Positions 50,396 through 64,000 of a stretch of 64,000 bases of DNA are shown here, one piece after another. The notes below the pieces were generated by a model. It saw only the letters and a program-made list of their open reading frames with translations. It did no database searches and was not told the origin of the DNA. Position 1 is the first letter of the stretch. The number at the start of each line of letters is the position of its first letter. This DNA is from Azolla caroliniana. Its lineage: Eukaryota; Plantae; Polypodiophyta. The position numbers and the translations under genes are program-made. The stretch lies in the NCBI GenBank assembly GCA_043228905.1, contig JBHGNT010000016.1:7688001-7752000 (forward strand), given 5' to 3'.

Positions 50396-51849
50396 GAACT
50401 TAGAGTTTGGATGAGAGGTCTTCTTAGTTTGAGTGGGGCCAAAACTCTTGGACATGACCTTTGTACCTACCTATTTTTGTGAAAAATAAAACCACCTTCT
50501 TTGCCATTAAGGATTAAATTCAAGTATTGTCTCATTATGTCTTTAAGTGCGCGGTCAATATCTTGACTTTACCGTTACCTTTAGGTAGTGAGTGATTAGG
50601 TCATACTTACGTTTTCCTAACTCCAACCAGTGCTAATAAGCCTAAGATGTGTGATTAATAGAAAGGAAGGTGCATTTAATATGGTTTGTAGGGTAGCCAT
50701 TAGGAATAACAACCTATTTTATAAAAGTAAAACTTGAATATATTTTAGCGTTAGTCTTCACTTCACACATTAAGTCAATTCTATATCTAGTCACTGCGGA
50801 ACGCATGAGCATAACGCTATTGTCCCTAGTCCCTAACTTCTATTATCATTGCCCTTTGAATGCCCATCATTAATACATGCATTATTCTCTTAATATGTGC
50901 TTGCCTATGGTCTCTATCAAGTATACGTGTACTTCCTCTTATTTTTCACAACATAACAATTTTATATTATGTGGCATAGGTTCAAGATAATAAGGACTTA
51001 TTTTTTGTGTGAGCCACTTAAGTATACCTATATTAGAATTCACATCCCTCATTTGATGGCAAAGAGCCTTGGACATACCGGAAAATAAATAAATAAATGA
51101 TAAGGATTACCAAGTTATGGCATCTTCAACAACATGTGTTTTGGATACTAGATTATCTTTCTATAAAGAGAATTAAATCAATATATCAATAATTATAGAA
51201 ATTGTGGGCTATGTGTCATATTTAGTCTTCCCGTGGTGCTGAAGATATTATGCTTCTATACTATTCATTATTGCAATGTGTGTCCAATTAAAACCAATGC
51301 GTGTATATATTCCCAAATTTGATGACATCACAAACTCTCTCTCTCACTCACTCACTCCCTCTCACTCTCTTGGTGAAAACATAATTTATTTATAAATATA
51401 TGTGAAAAATATTACAAGATACCATAGTTGACTGGTGTCATTGCTACATGGGTAATGGGGACAATGTGGGGTAGTGAGAATGCGGATTGCCAATAAGCAA
51501 GAAGAATATCCCTATGAGGGAAAAAATTCAACTTGTTCCAATAAACAAAACTACCGCATCAATACCCCCTTCAAATTTTGTATATATCTTCTCACTTGAC
51601 GCCTACCATCAACTCTCTCTATGTGTATCTAATGTGGGACCCAAGGGGATGGTTCTGGACCAATCCCATGATGGATCCATTGCAGAAAGTTCCTTTCTTT
51701 CAATACACTGTGAATTTTGGTTGAACCTTGCTCATGTCTAAGAATACTCTAGCTCCTGCAGCTCAAAAGCACGGGAATAAGAGGGGTGTTTCAAGCATGC
51801 ATTTGAAGGCTTTTTAGAAATGGATTTGGTCTTTCAAGGGACCAACCAA

Positions 51850-52600
51850 ATATATTATCTTCAAATGGCTTTTACTATATGTAGCACTACCAGTAGGTTA
51901 GTCACTAAAAGGAGATGAGGCAACCATTCTTAGACAATGTTGTTATTGCAGTGACATGCAAGAAACTACCAAGCAAGCTCTCTGGTCCTGCTAACTAGCC
52001 CATCAAGTATGGAATAAAGTTCTTTCTTTATTCCTGACAATTAATGCAAACAGCCTCTTCTCCTAGGGATCAACGGTAGGGGGGGAGGAGGGGGGTTCTC
52101 CATTCCAGTCTCTTGTTATATGAGGCAAATGATGCTCCAGAGGCTATGATAGTCATCAACATGCATCTAATTTCTATCTCCCCCTTTCAGCAACCTCGCA
52201 AGCAAGTGCATGCAACCCATGTATGGAAAACAACATCAACGGTTACATTATGGATCTTATGGAAGTATCGTTTGTAAAAGACGATATGATTCCATAACTC
52301 CTCTTCTCTGAGATATATTGTCAGAACTATGGGGGAGCTTATTGGTGGTAGTGCGTGGGCAATATGACACTATGTTGGGCTCTTTAGAGGTTGTTCTTAA
52401 GAAAAGGAAAAAATTATTGTAGTTATGGAGGAAGTTGCCTCTGTTCACATTCTCATCTCCAAGTCTGATATGGAAATACCATCACCTCTAGTCCTCGACA
52501 TGACCATATCTTTTGTACATAGCATTTTCTGATTGTACATTTTGTGGCCTTCCGATACTTTTCTTAATACTAATGAAGGAAATATTTTTTTTTGGGGGGG
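51850..52600 (+). mobile_element. Old L1-clade LINE 3' remnant
   Basis: Degenerate zf-RVT CCYCSDMQETTKQALWSC...QVW at ~51935-52015 and LWILWKYR at ~52250. Contains many stops. Confidence 0.55.
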
Positions 52601-55600
52601 GGAGGAGGGGCGACTCTCTCTGTATGTGTGTGTGTGTATGTATGCATATTTAGTAGAGAGAGATGTAGACTACATAATTGATAATATTTTATAATTGTTC
52701 TTTGCCAATAAAAATAACATAGGTGTTTTAAAGGAGTATTTTTGGATTATATACTTCGTTAATGAAGTATAAAACTCAAATTCTCTCCTGGGTTTACATA
52801 TGTATCTTAATGAAAAACATAATGTGTGTAATGTGTTGTCATCTTATCCATATATTATAACTTTGATGAAATGACAAATGATCAATTATCATTATTGAAC
52901 CATGGTCAATGAATGGAGTCTACAAACTCAATTCGTTCAACAATTCTATATGCATGATTGTCTATTTATGTGTTTCCATAAATTATATTGCTACTTTTAC
53001 TTGCCATGAATGCTCCATATCCAAAAACTGAAACACATAAATCACCTCAAAAGGAGTTACTATTATGTCAACAAGTCTTATAACAACTAAGGGTATGTAC
53101 CTTGCCATAAATATCTTGGCTATAATTGTAGGGTTCTTAACGGTTTTCCATCATCACGTAGCAAATATGGGCATTGCTCATTGGGATAGTCTTGTCACTT
53201 TTAAATATTCTTGCTTAAAGAGCCAAAGCTTTCACCTGTCGTGTTCAATTACCTTATGTAATGGGATTTATGTTGTAATTCAAGAATTTGGAAATCGGTT
53301 TTTACCTTATTGTCTCAATGGAGTACCACAAGAGAGATGTAGATTGGAAGAAATTTTGATTTGGCAGTTTTCATGAGTAAGCTCACGAGGCTACTTGTCC
53401 TCGAAGGAGTTGCCTTTACATCAGTTAGTACTACAACACCTTAGTAAATTTACCTTGCCATGACCTCCTCCTTGTTGTAGTAAATGCAACAAAGGGTATT
53501 TGTGTTGTCTTATTGATATAGTATATGTACATACTAGTTTTGCGAGAAAATATGAGAGAGAGAGGGGGGGGGGTTCTATTCTACAAGAAGGGAAAAGTAG
53601 AAAAATAATGACAATCCACATAAAAATGAAAAAGATAGTATTTTTACCTTTGTATGTTAATGTTGAGAAATAGATTAGGTAATAGGCACTTTAGAATGAC
53701 ACTGTGTGCAATATTACTTATTCATATAGGGAACATCTACCATCATTTAATATTTTGTTTCGTGATAAAGGGAAGTGTTTGCTTGTGATTGAGGGATATT
53801 GATGTCTATAGACAGCAAAATGAGTTTGAACACAATTTGGCCTTTTTAGGATAAGTGTGCATTGTGTATGCTAGAGAGATATGACGTTACTACTTTTTGC
53901 AAGTGAACATAAAATACCATGGTAACATCGAGGTTTTGTGATATGCCATGCAATGCCCAAGAAAGACAATTGAGGGGACAGGTTTTTGTAATATGTATGC
54001 ATGAAAAGTCCAAAGCCAACTACTTAAACAAATTGATGCCCATGTTGAACAAAACGTATTATGTCAATTGAATAAAATTGTGGGTTAGAAATAATTGTAT
54101 CATGTATGCGTTGCCACCAATATAAGGGTTTGAGGGCCATGAAAGATTATTGATGATGTTTCCTAAGCAAAGGATACCCATGAAGGATTTAATGATGGTA
54201 CACAACGCAACCAATATAAGGCACAATAATGTTGAATTCCATCAAGCAGGACTAATTGTGAAATTCAAGAAGGGCGTCAATCAAAATTTAAGTAGATATT
54301 GCTAGAAATATGCCAATCAATAACAAGCACATCAAACTCCATTTTCTTCTCTATCCTCCAAACATGGAAAGGTGGGTTGTTAAGGTGCCTAATATCTCTC
54401 TTTTGGATGAGGGCTAATGTAGTAGCAACTCCCTAAATCACAACACAAATTTGCAAGAGTGCGGTTAAATGGCTTCAATTTAATATATAAAAGAGGTGAA
54501 AAGAAGGTGGTGGTAAGTAGAGCAACCTCACACAAGAGACCTACCACGCATGACTAATAACTAAAAGGAGGCGTCCCACGATCTGAGCAATGAGGCTAGA
54601 GAGAGAATGAGCAAAGCTATGAAAATTATAGTCAATGGGGCCCAAACAAATATAGAGTGGGGTCATTTATTGTCAAAAATGTGCACATAGACAAAATATG
54701 ACGAGGGTTGTCAATATGTGCGTAAAAAATCTATCATTGCGGATGAGAGTAGTCCAAAATTTGCACCATAATGACATGGTACGGCATGTATTGTAGGGAT
54801 TCTAAGAATTTGAACCGGCCCGACATTTGAGGCACAACATAACATAGCACAAGCATGATATGATAGGTTGGTTTTAGTAATGGAACACATACTAAGGGTG
54901 TAGAGTGGTGTGCTCCTCTCTCTAGGGTAGCTATAAGAGGGAGTTATACAATCCGAATTGGCATTCATTACGGAACACATTCATGCACAAACACAACACA
55001 ATCTGACCCAACCCAACGCAATAGAATGCAACACAACACAACATAATGCAACACAATCCAACCCAACAAACATCGTTTGACAAGCTTTGTAACATGATGT
55101 AATCTATTGCAAGATGCATGAGGGGAGCAAGAAGCCAATATAAGTTGAATCAGGCCTCCAAGGCATGATACTACATTCGAGTGCAACATAACACCACACA
55201 ACAATGAGTGCGTCTTCGGAGGTTTCAATACGAAGCTACAGTTGAGTACAACACAAACACAAACACAACACGACACAACACAACAATGTGTATCTATGTA
55301 TGTATGTATGTAATGTATTTATGTATGTATGTTTGTATGTATGTATGTATATATGTATGTATGTAATGTATTTATGTATGTATGTATGTATGTATGTGTG
55401 TGTGTGTGTGTATGTATGTATCTATGTATGCCTGCAATTTTGATGATGATCAATGAATGAGATGAAAGTTGTTCTCATGGAGTCATTTTATGCTCAGTCT
55501 TAAGCTACAATCAATAGATAGCTACAATCTCTGATCTTCATAACTCTTTTCAACCTTCTCATTTTTCCTCTTCCTCTTCCTCTTCCTCATTCTGCCCCTT

Positions 55601-55874
55601 CCTCTTCTCTCTCCCCTGTTTTATTTTTGGGTCCCTCTAAAATTCTCATTTCCTCACTGCTTTCTGATCAGATCTCCCTCCTCTTCCTCTCTCTGCCTGC
55701 TTGCCTCTCTCAGCTATAGATCCGACATTACAACAAAGGTATTATACCCTCTCTTCAATAGCAGATCTCAACTAATTTCATCTCTTTGCCTCTCTTTTCG
55801 ATCAGATTCGTTCTAAACAGCATTTTCTGATCTATTCCTGTTTTGGGTTCTTCTGATTTAGTAGGTCTTTTTCC

Positions 55875-57492
55875 ATGGAGACGGCTGTCCTTGGAGCTTA
55901 TGAAGAAGACCCATACGATCAACACAACCATTTGCAGGTATGTCTCCTTATAATACCCTTTTCTTATCATTTTTAAAGTCTCTATCGATCTCTGTTAAGG
56001 TTATATAATTTAATCATTTTAAGTCTCTGTTTTATCTGTGACAAGAATATACTCATTGATCAATAAAAAGTCTCGTCTTGATCTTTGTTAATATTGTAGT
56101 CATTGATCACCTGTAGATGTATTGTGACGGTGACACGTATATATATATATATATATATATGTACGTGTATGTGTACGTACCACTTCATTTTGATATTTCT
56201 CACAAGTAATGTAATGCATCATTATATACTTTTTTTTGTAGTGTGTATGAAATCTGTATATGTATAATGTGTGCTTATGTCTGCATCACTTCACATTGCG
56301 ATTTCGTACAAGCAAATGTAATGTACATATGTATGGACAACCTAAATGTGCTTGCATTTTCACATGATTACAGTTTTAGTGATTAACAATCCATCATCTA
56401 AAGTTTTCGTACATAACTCAGTGGTGTTTATAGAACATTTTAGAAGTCAATTTGAACCATCCATTAACAGAGAGTTGTTTCTAAGCTTGTCAGAAACTTG
56501 GATTCTCATTTATGGCGTGTTGCTTATCCAAATGGTTGATAACTTTGATGGATCTTCAATGTAATGGAGGCAATATATTGAGAGGTTACAAATTGAAAGC
56601 ACTAATGAAAGTGCACCTTCTACTGTTAGAATGGGTCAATATTTGATTGGGCCAAACCCTATATATATGCATATATATACTTCTACCGACCATGCTCATT
56701 GGGAAGATGGATTGACCATGATTGAGATATGGGTATTCCATTAGAGGGAAGTCCACCGTATCTATTGAGTCATCATCACAGGATGTAGATGTTACTCTGT
56801 TTGTCCTATCTCTATATATTATTATCTTGTACCCTTAGGGGATCAAGTGCTGATAATGGATGGAAGAAAGGATCAGTCAAGTTGTGAAAATGAGGATGGT
56901 CTATGGAAGTAAGAATGATCATTAAGTTGTGTGAACCAATGGATTTGGGATAGCCTGCATTGCTAGAGCAGCTGGGGTTAATAAACCATTAAATGCTAAT
57001 CTGCACTTTTCGTCTGGGTTTTCTATTAGTAAACCAATAAATAGAGGCTATTCACACCTGCATCAAAGGTTGATTAGGGTTTAGTCAAGCTAATGAATTT
57101 GTGTAAGGTATACATATATTTATTTATTTATTCTCTTTTTCCAAGGGACAGACTTCGTTCAATGAAGGACTCGGGGAATCTATATCATTTGGGAGATTCG
57201 CTATGGATTCTTTTTCATGGGTTAAGAGGTCGAGTTTCAATCACAACCAATACCTTGAAGAGCTTGGCAACTGTTCAGCTCCAGGTTCAGTTCGTGAAAA
57301 GAAGGCATATTTTGAGGCTTACTATAAGGCAAAGAAAGAAGCTTTAGAGAAAGCTCTTGCTGATGAGAACACTAAAACTGATAACAATGGTAATAAATGC
57401 TGATGATCTTGTCAAAGAAAATCAAAAGATTAAATATATTAAATGAACCAAAGAAAAATACCAAATATATCATATGGGCTGAATGCATAACT

Positions 57493-57556
<64 letters not shown>

Positions 57557-60500
57557 GCAATGTAGGTATGGAGGACAGTGGGACAGAACAAGGGGAATTA
57601 TATGTAGATGTAGCATCTACCGAAGAGAAAGGAGGGCCGTCCTTTTTGAATGCTGAAGATGCTCGAATAGTAAAAGATATACCAGATGAGACCAATGTAA
57701 CTGAAGCTGAAAATCTGAACCTTAAGCACTCTTTAGGACCTGCACTTGATGACTATGAACACTCTACACATGATTTATCTTCCAATGAGGTTTGTCAAGT
57801 TCCTACAATTGAAGATATGGATGGTCAAGAAACAGTCGTCTCTGTTGAAGAAAACTTTGGAAAGCTGGAAAAGGAATCTAATGAACTCATAGTGCAGTCT
57901 GGCAGTGAGAGTTCTGAAGCTGTAAACATTATAGAAGAGTTAATCAGACCATGTGAACCTACCCCACAAGGAGACTACGTTGATGATGAAAATGATGGAC
58001 AAGATGGCAAGATTGTTGATGTACAAGACAAAGAAATTTCTGATGTGCCTGATGTGAAGGTTAGTGGACGTTGATTATAGAGGATGGATACTTTAAAATT
58101 CTACATACTGCATAGAAGAGGCTTGGTTCGCTCTTTTTTGCATAATGAACAAGAATATCTATTTTAATTGGATGCTAACAATCTATACTAATATAAAAAC
58201 TACTTACATTCCATTTCATGTTTTTTGCAGAAGTCTTGCACACCATCCAAAGTTTCGAAGGCATATGTTGAGAAGCCATCGCATTCTCAAATATCAAAGC
58301 CAAAAGTGATGCTGAAAAATACTGGGAATGGTGTATTGAATGCCACATCCAAGCTAAACAAAAGTAATGTGGAAAGAAAGCTAGGTCCAGGGGGGAGTAT
58401 TGCAGAAGTGAAAAATCCTGGAGGAACGACCAATTCACACATACAATCTACAGTTACTGTGCCACAACCATTTGAACTAGCAACCAACAAAAGAACTGCA
58501 ATTATTTCTCGTCCAGCAGATGAGGATGGAACCAAATCATCTCTCAAGTCTATTCATAATACTGCTCCTCCAACACATCCTTTATCATTGAAGAGAACTA
58601 GGGTATTCAAGTTTTTTGCTAGTTATTTTTGTAACGATTGATCTACTTGGAATATTTGCATTGAAGCATGTGAGTTTGTTTGGCCAGTTATTCTGTTTGT
58701 CCTATATCTAACATTCTTGGTTTGCGAAAACTTTCAGGATCCAGCCATGAAGAATTCAATGCTGAAAAACCCAACAGCTCAAACCAGCAGGTATTCCCAA
58801 CTTTGACATGTATAATCTTCATAGCTTTAACTTATAACTTAATTTAAGCAACATCCTAGATTCAGATACAATCACATCTATTTTCTGATTATTTATTTGT
58901 CTTGATTGAGCAACACTTATCTCGGTGATGATATGAAATATATGCATTTCTTTCTTTGGATATGAGAGCAAGACTTTGTCTTTTTCCTCTATAAAAATTT
59001 CACAGTTTGAACACAATATTTTCTGTAGTTATATTAATTCTGAGCTTCTTATGCATTTATTTATTTTTATGTAGGCAAAATGCAAAAGCTGAACTGCCAA
59101 CAATGACTCTGACAAATCAGATGATGCAAGGTGTCATAAACACAAATGAAGTGAAGAAGGATGAGAAGAAACGGAATGGAACTGTCATGTATCCTTAATA
59201 TCTTCAATGCAATTATCGGCCACCAAGGGTTGTTAATATTTATCAAGTCCAATCAGAACTGTTTAATCTTCTTAACATTACTTAGAATTGAAATGTATGT
59301 TAAATCAAGATCAAGTTCTGTGAAGAATCGCACAAATGCATTCAGCTTTAAAAGCGATGAAAGGGCTGAGAAAAGGAGAGAGGTATTGCTACTTCTCATT
59401 CAGATTATGTCTTAGATATTTCACATTTAGTTAAGTAATCCAATATTACTTTGTAATAATAGCTATCACTCATGTAGGATACCTCTTATCTCTTGGATAT
59501 TGTGCATGTAGGAAGTAATCCAATATTGATTATATATCAGATATACCCATATGATATACTTCTTAGGTATCTTGCAATGAGTACATACTCTTAATACTTG
59601 TGTATTACATGTCACTCAGTATTAATATACAATTATGTGTAAAATCTTGTGCAATGAATTAGTAATCCAGTACTTCTGGATTAAATATTGTTCATATAGT
59701 AGCATATTTCTATGTATTACATGTCACTCAGTATTAATATACAATAATGTGTGAAATTTGAGTACTTCTGGATTAAATATTGCTCATACAGTAGCATATT
59801 TCTATAGTGTGTATTTTTCTTCACTCTCTCTTGCTTGTTCATCACTCTATTCCCCTTACTCATGTCAATGTAGTGGTCCTCATCCAATCTAAACTCTAAA
59901 ACCTTCTTTCACAAAACATAGGGCTTTCCATCAGAGCACACTCAATCATCTTTTGCATTTTGTCATCTTAAAAATTGTTCTTATATGCTTACAATGAACG
60001 TTAATAAAAGTAAAATTAGAGAGAGATAAAAGTCCTACATATACTTAGTGACCTTTTTTAAGTATTGTTTTCAGTTCAATACAAGGAGAGAAGCGAAACT
60101 AAATGCAAAAGAAGCAGAGAAAAATAATGCTGTGGCCAAGACACAGGTTGGTAAAATTCCTCTGTTTCTCTAATGATATAAGAGTGGTGTGTAATTTTTA
60201 TTATTGTTTCGTTTACATCTTCTCTTTATTAAATACATGTGACTATCAAGATGATGTTTTCTTTAGTGGCTAATCAAGATTGTAAAAGAACAGGAACAGG
60301 AAGAGGCAGAGGTCAAACAACTTCGCAAAAGCCTGAAGTTCCGGGCCACACCAATGCCAAGCTTTTATCAAGAAACTATAGAAGCGAAGCTTGAGACAAG
60401 AAAGCCTGGGGTATTTGGGCATCTGAAAGACAACTATGTTTTATTTTCCAGATATTTGTTTACATTGATTCATCTGTAGGCCTTTCTTTTCTGTTTACTT

Positions 60501-61533
60501 ACAGATAACAGCAACTCGTGCGAAGTCACCGAAACTAGGAAGAAAAAATGTACTGAATTCGAGCTTCGAAACCAACTCATCAACCTCGAGCTCAAAGCAA
60601 GATAAGGGAACAAATATAATTGCTTATAATTGCACTAGAAAAGAGAGTGATATGCAGCTGCTTCAACCATCAAGAAACAGCTCTGCATTACCCAAGAAAA
60701 CTGCCAAAACATTAGTAGTTCACAGCTGTGTATCGGGGACAGAATTGTCCGAGCGAAAACCGGGAGAGAGGCTTCCTGGTGCCGAAACCAAGGATCACAA
60801 CAGCATGGAATGTAATGAAAATAGCACTACTGAACCAGTATGTACTTCAAATGAAGTAAAAAATGATGACAGTGTCAATCTAGATTTGATTCATGAGAAA
60901 TCATTGAGCGAGCCCGTGAATGGTTCGATAACATTAGCAGAAGAAGAGATCAGACGTGAAAGTGGTTTATTGATAACTTTGGAGGGTGCCAAGGTTGGAT
61001 CTGAAAATGGATCTCTAACTTCAACTGAGGCCGAAAGTGGGGTGGTCAGCAAAACTGATAAAAAGAGTAAGGAAGATAATAAAGTAAGGACCGAGAAGAA
61101 GGTGCCGAACCAGGATTGTATCGGGGCTGGAGCTTCCCCTGCCAGAAGGCCGCCTTCGCCAAGCCTAGACCGAAAGTGGGTCGGGGCATCCCCTGTGAAA
61201 AGGCCACCTTCACCCAGCCTAGGCCTAGATCGCAAGTGGGTTAGAGCTTCTCCGGGCCGAGCAGCACCTTCCCCAAGCCGGGATCGTGTGCAGGCTGGAG
61301 CTGCGGCACCTTCTCCGAGCCTAGACCAAATGCGGTCTGGAGCTTCTGCGGCTCCAATGACACCTTCCCAGAGCTTTGATCCGAAGCGGATCGTGCCTTC
61401 CCCAAGCCGAACAGCACCTTCACCGAGCCGGGACCGTATGTGGATCGGATCATCCCCGGCTAGAAGAGTGCCTTCACCAAGCCTAGATCCGAAGCAGATG
61501 AGAGCGTTGTCGGCCCCTAGAAGGGCACTTTGA
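55875..61533 (+). CDS. WVD2-like (WDL7-type) TPX2-domain microtubule-associated protein; exons 55875-55937, 57146-57389, 57566-58059, 58231-58602, 58738-58790, 59075-59188, 59286-59382, 60075-60146, 60294-60410, 60505-61533
   Basis: N-terminal SISFGRF...SW...FNHNQYLEEL...PGSVREKKAYFEAYYK motif, TVPQPFELATNKR, and TPX2 domain FSFKSDERAEKRRE...EAEVKQLRKSLKFRATPMPSFYQE...TRAKSPKLGRK. Exon phases are consistent. The first coding exon is the least certain, and a probable 5' UTR intron lies at 55738-55864. Confidence 0.88.
59602..59804. repeat. Intronic tandem duplication (~90-110 bp)
   Basis: TGTATTACATGTCACTCAGTATTAATATACAAT...AGTACTTCTGGATTAAATATTG...GTAGCATATTTCTA occurs twice. Confidence 0.85.
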
Positions 61534-61570
61534 CTCGAGCCTCGAGCACATGTGGGTCATGGCTTCTTGG
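61120..61570 (+). repeat. Coding tandem repeat (~16-20 aa units, ASPxRxPSPSLDRxxxG) at the WDL C-terminus
   Basis: About 7 units in the ORF 60652-61533 translation. One more degenerate unit spans the stop codon. Confidence 0.85.
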
Positions 61571-64000
61571 GTTTAACTAGCAAGACCACACCATCATAAA
61601 AAACCATCAATTACTAAGGAGGATGCCATAATAACTTCAATGGACACATGAAAGGTCTTTAAAGTCACAAATTCTATAACCATATTATATATATATAAAT
61701 ATGAATATGAATATATACATATATATATGTATCTTGTTATTTGAATTCATGATTAAAGGCTATTGGACGGAAGTTCATATGTTGCGAGGAAAAGGACATT
61801 CCATCTTTGTCCTTGGAGCTATCATTTCACGATTGGAACCCGAATGTCACTCTGTAATGGAGAATGGAAAGTGGCTACACTTCTTTAAAGATATTGTTCT
61901 AAATCTATTGCATTCTAGGAGTCTGTAACCCTTCTTTTCATTCCAGCAATTGGGTTGTTTTTGTTTACCTTCAAAAGGTTACAATGTCTCTCTTGACTTG
62001 AGGAAGACTACAAGATTTTAAAACTGTGTAATAAGCAGCAAGTAGATGTATTGTAGTTATACCTAGGTTTCGTAAACTGAACTGCAATGGATTGTAAGGT
62101 TATGTTTTAACTTTCAAATGTGGCTTTTGGGACTCATAATGAACTTGCAATATACAAAGAAGCATCATGCATCTACAAAGAGACAAGTGTTAAAAAAACT
62201 CAACTTCACAAATTAACAAAACCCACCATGCATACCTAAGCTACAATAGTCTAAAGGAGGATATCAATTAGTAATAAGATAGATCTCAATAGCACTTATG
62301 ACTAATTGGCGTTCCATTGTCCCTTAGCAACCAAGGAGCCTATGGTTGAGTAAACTATCTATGTGCATGGCAAGTGAGAATAAGAAGATTGTTAGCAATG
62401 TAAGCAAAATCAAAATGTTGCACTAGTTGCTTGATCCTTAACCAAGAGCCTAAGGTTGCAAAGAACTAGGTTTAACAGTACAATTGCTTAAGTAATTTTA
62501 ATAAGTAAGATGTTGAATAACCATGAATGTTTAAAGACTCTTATAAGATTTATCAAGGACATGTGTCCTCATTGTGCATTGCAAATGTTAAAATTCATGT
62601 ATATGATTCTTTTGTTAAACTTCATGCTGATTAATAACGATACTTGAGGATAGGCATAACATATGTTAATAGGTTTAGATGAATGACGAGGATTTTATAT
62701 GTCCGAGAAACAAGAATATTTCAATCACCTTTGTCTCCATTTAGGCAACACCAATGTCAAGGACACATAATGCACATGGACTCTAATTAATATTTAGAAA
62801 GATGTTCGCGCACGTCTCATAGAAGGGAAGACTACATGAGCATCAAAAGTTAGGCAATTCTGCAGTCTAGATAAGATCGCCCAAAAACATTCATATGTAG
62901 AGATTCAAGGTGACGAGTTATATTTAACCATGGTAGAGATCAAATGATTATGTCGTTTCTCTCTCTTACTATAAATGTGCCATTAGGGCAATAACTTATA
63001 TAGGCCATATAGTAGGTCACTATCCAGCCATTTAGTTTTAACTACTTATTCATTGGTTAATTGACCAATACTTGCTAGCAAAACTAGGGTCTTTTTGTTC
63101 AAGATCATGGGGATAAAAATGTCCTTGATTATTCTCTTCATTATCATTCTACAAAAAACACAAGGAGCAAAATTATCGATTTTGGATGGTGAAGGGAGAA
63201 TTCAAGAGCTTTCAAGGATTTATAAATGTGCACGCCCCCCACCTTCGATAAGGATGGGGGCAACGTATGATATTCACACCCTATGGGAACTAGATACGAC
63301 TTGTAATCAAGTCTCTTGAATATTTCTTGAGATATCTATTGTAAGAGAGGTTTGCAATCCCTCTTGTTCTAAAAATTTTACCTTGTTTTATGAATTCATG
63401 GGATAAAAAATCACAAGGCTTCATTAGAATTTCATTTATGGTTAATCATATGTGGTTAGATTTTAATCCTTGTTAATGACAAGTTCTATTTGCAAATTTA
63501 TTTGGATTTATGTTTGCTTATTAGCTTGTTATTAGAAAACCCTTAAAACACTTTTCAACAAAACCATGCTTAACGGTAGAAACTCTTAGGCACCAATACA
63601 ATCAATCTACATTACTATACCATTCACCTATCTATCATGGTTTAGAATGCTTATGGTTCCACCTCAACCTTAATGTATCCAAAAATAACCACAACAACTT
63701 TGGTGAACTCCACATAAAAGAGGTGGAAAGGAGAGGTTATAAATAATTCAGTAAACCAATGATTTCAGAAGAATGAAGATGATTATGGTGACAATGTAGC
63801 CAACCTAAAAAAAACATTAATAAAATTATAGCAGTCGTCGACCAATTAGATGGAAGAAATTTGGAGATGTTTTTCAAATTGTATATATGAGAAATGAATA
63901 AGAATGAAACCTAAAGACAAAGAGAGTATGTTTCTTTGATAATGTGCCAACAACAACTTTGCAAGCTTGTATTGGGAACCGCAAACCACACACCCTACTT

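Noticed and set aside
49404-50482. ORFs with poly-F or (IY)n runs (also 8328-8564 and 57372-57695)
   Set aside because: Translations of microsatellites.

Overview
Eukaryotic nuclear DNA, most likely from a seed-free land plant (inferred from the TE lineages and the gene sequences). It holds three host genes: a 5'-partial, intronless 3-ketoacyl-CoA synthase (1-1368, +), a 7-exon plastid pyruvate kinase alpha subunit (20007-23777, -) and a 10-exon WVD2-like/TPX2-domain microtubule-associated protein (55875-61533, +). Most of the rest is nested transposable elements: L1-type and RTE/RTEX-like LINE fragments, three defective Copia elements, one near-complete Ty3/Gypsy element, solo LTRs, a hAT-type MITE and tRNA-derived modules. 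Four signals stand out. (1) The Gypsy element has a candidate programmed -1 frameshift cassette (G GAU UUU UAG, 6-nt spacer, H-type pseudoknot) between protease and RT. (2) A related solo LTR carries three tRNA-like Pol III modules. (3) Two LINE families share a 3' stem-loop with a compensatory base change. (4) The host genes have non-canonical introns, one U12-type and one GC-AG. All coordinates were read by eye and no database searches were run.
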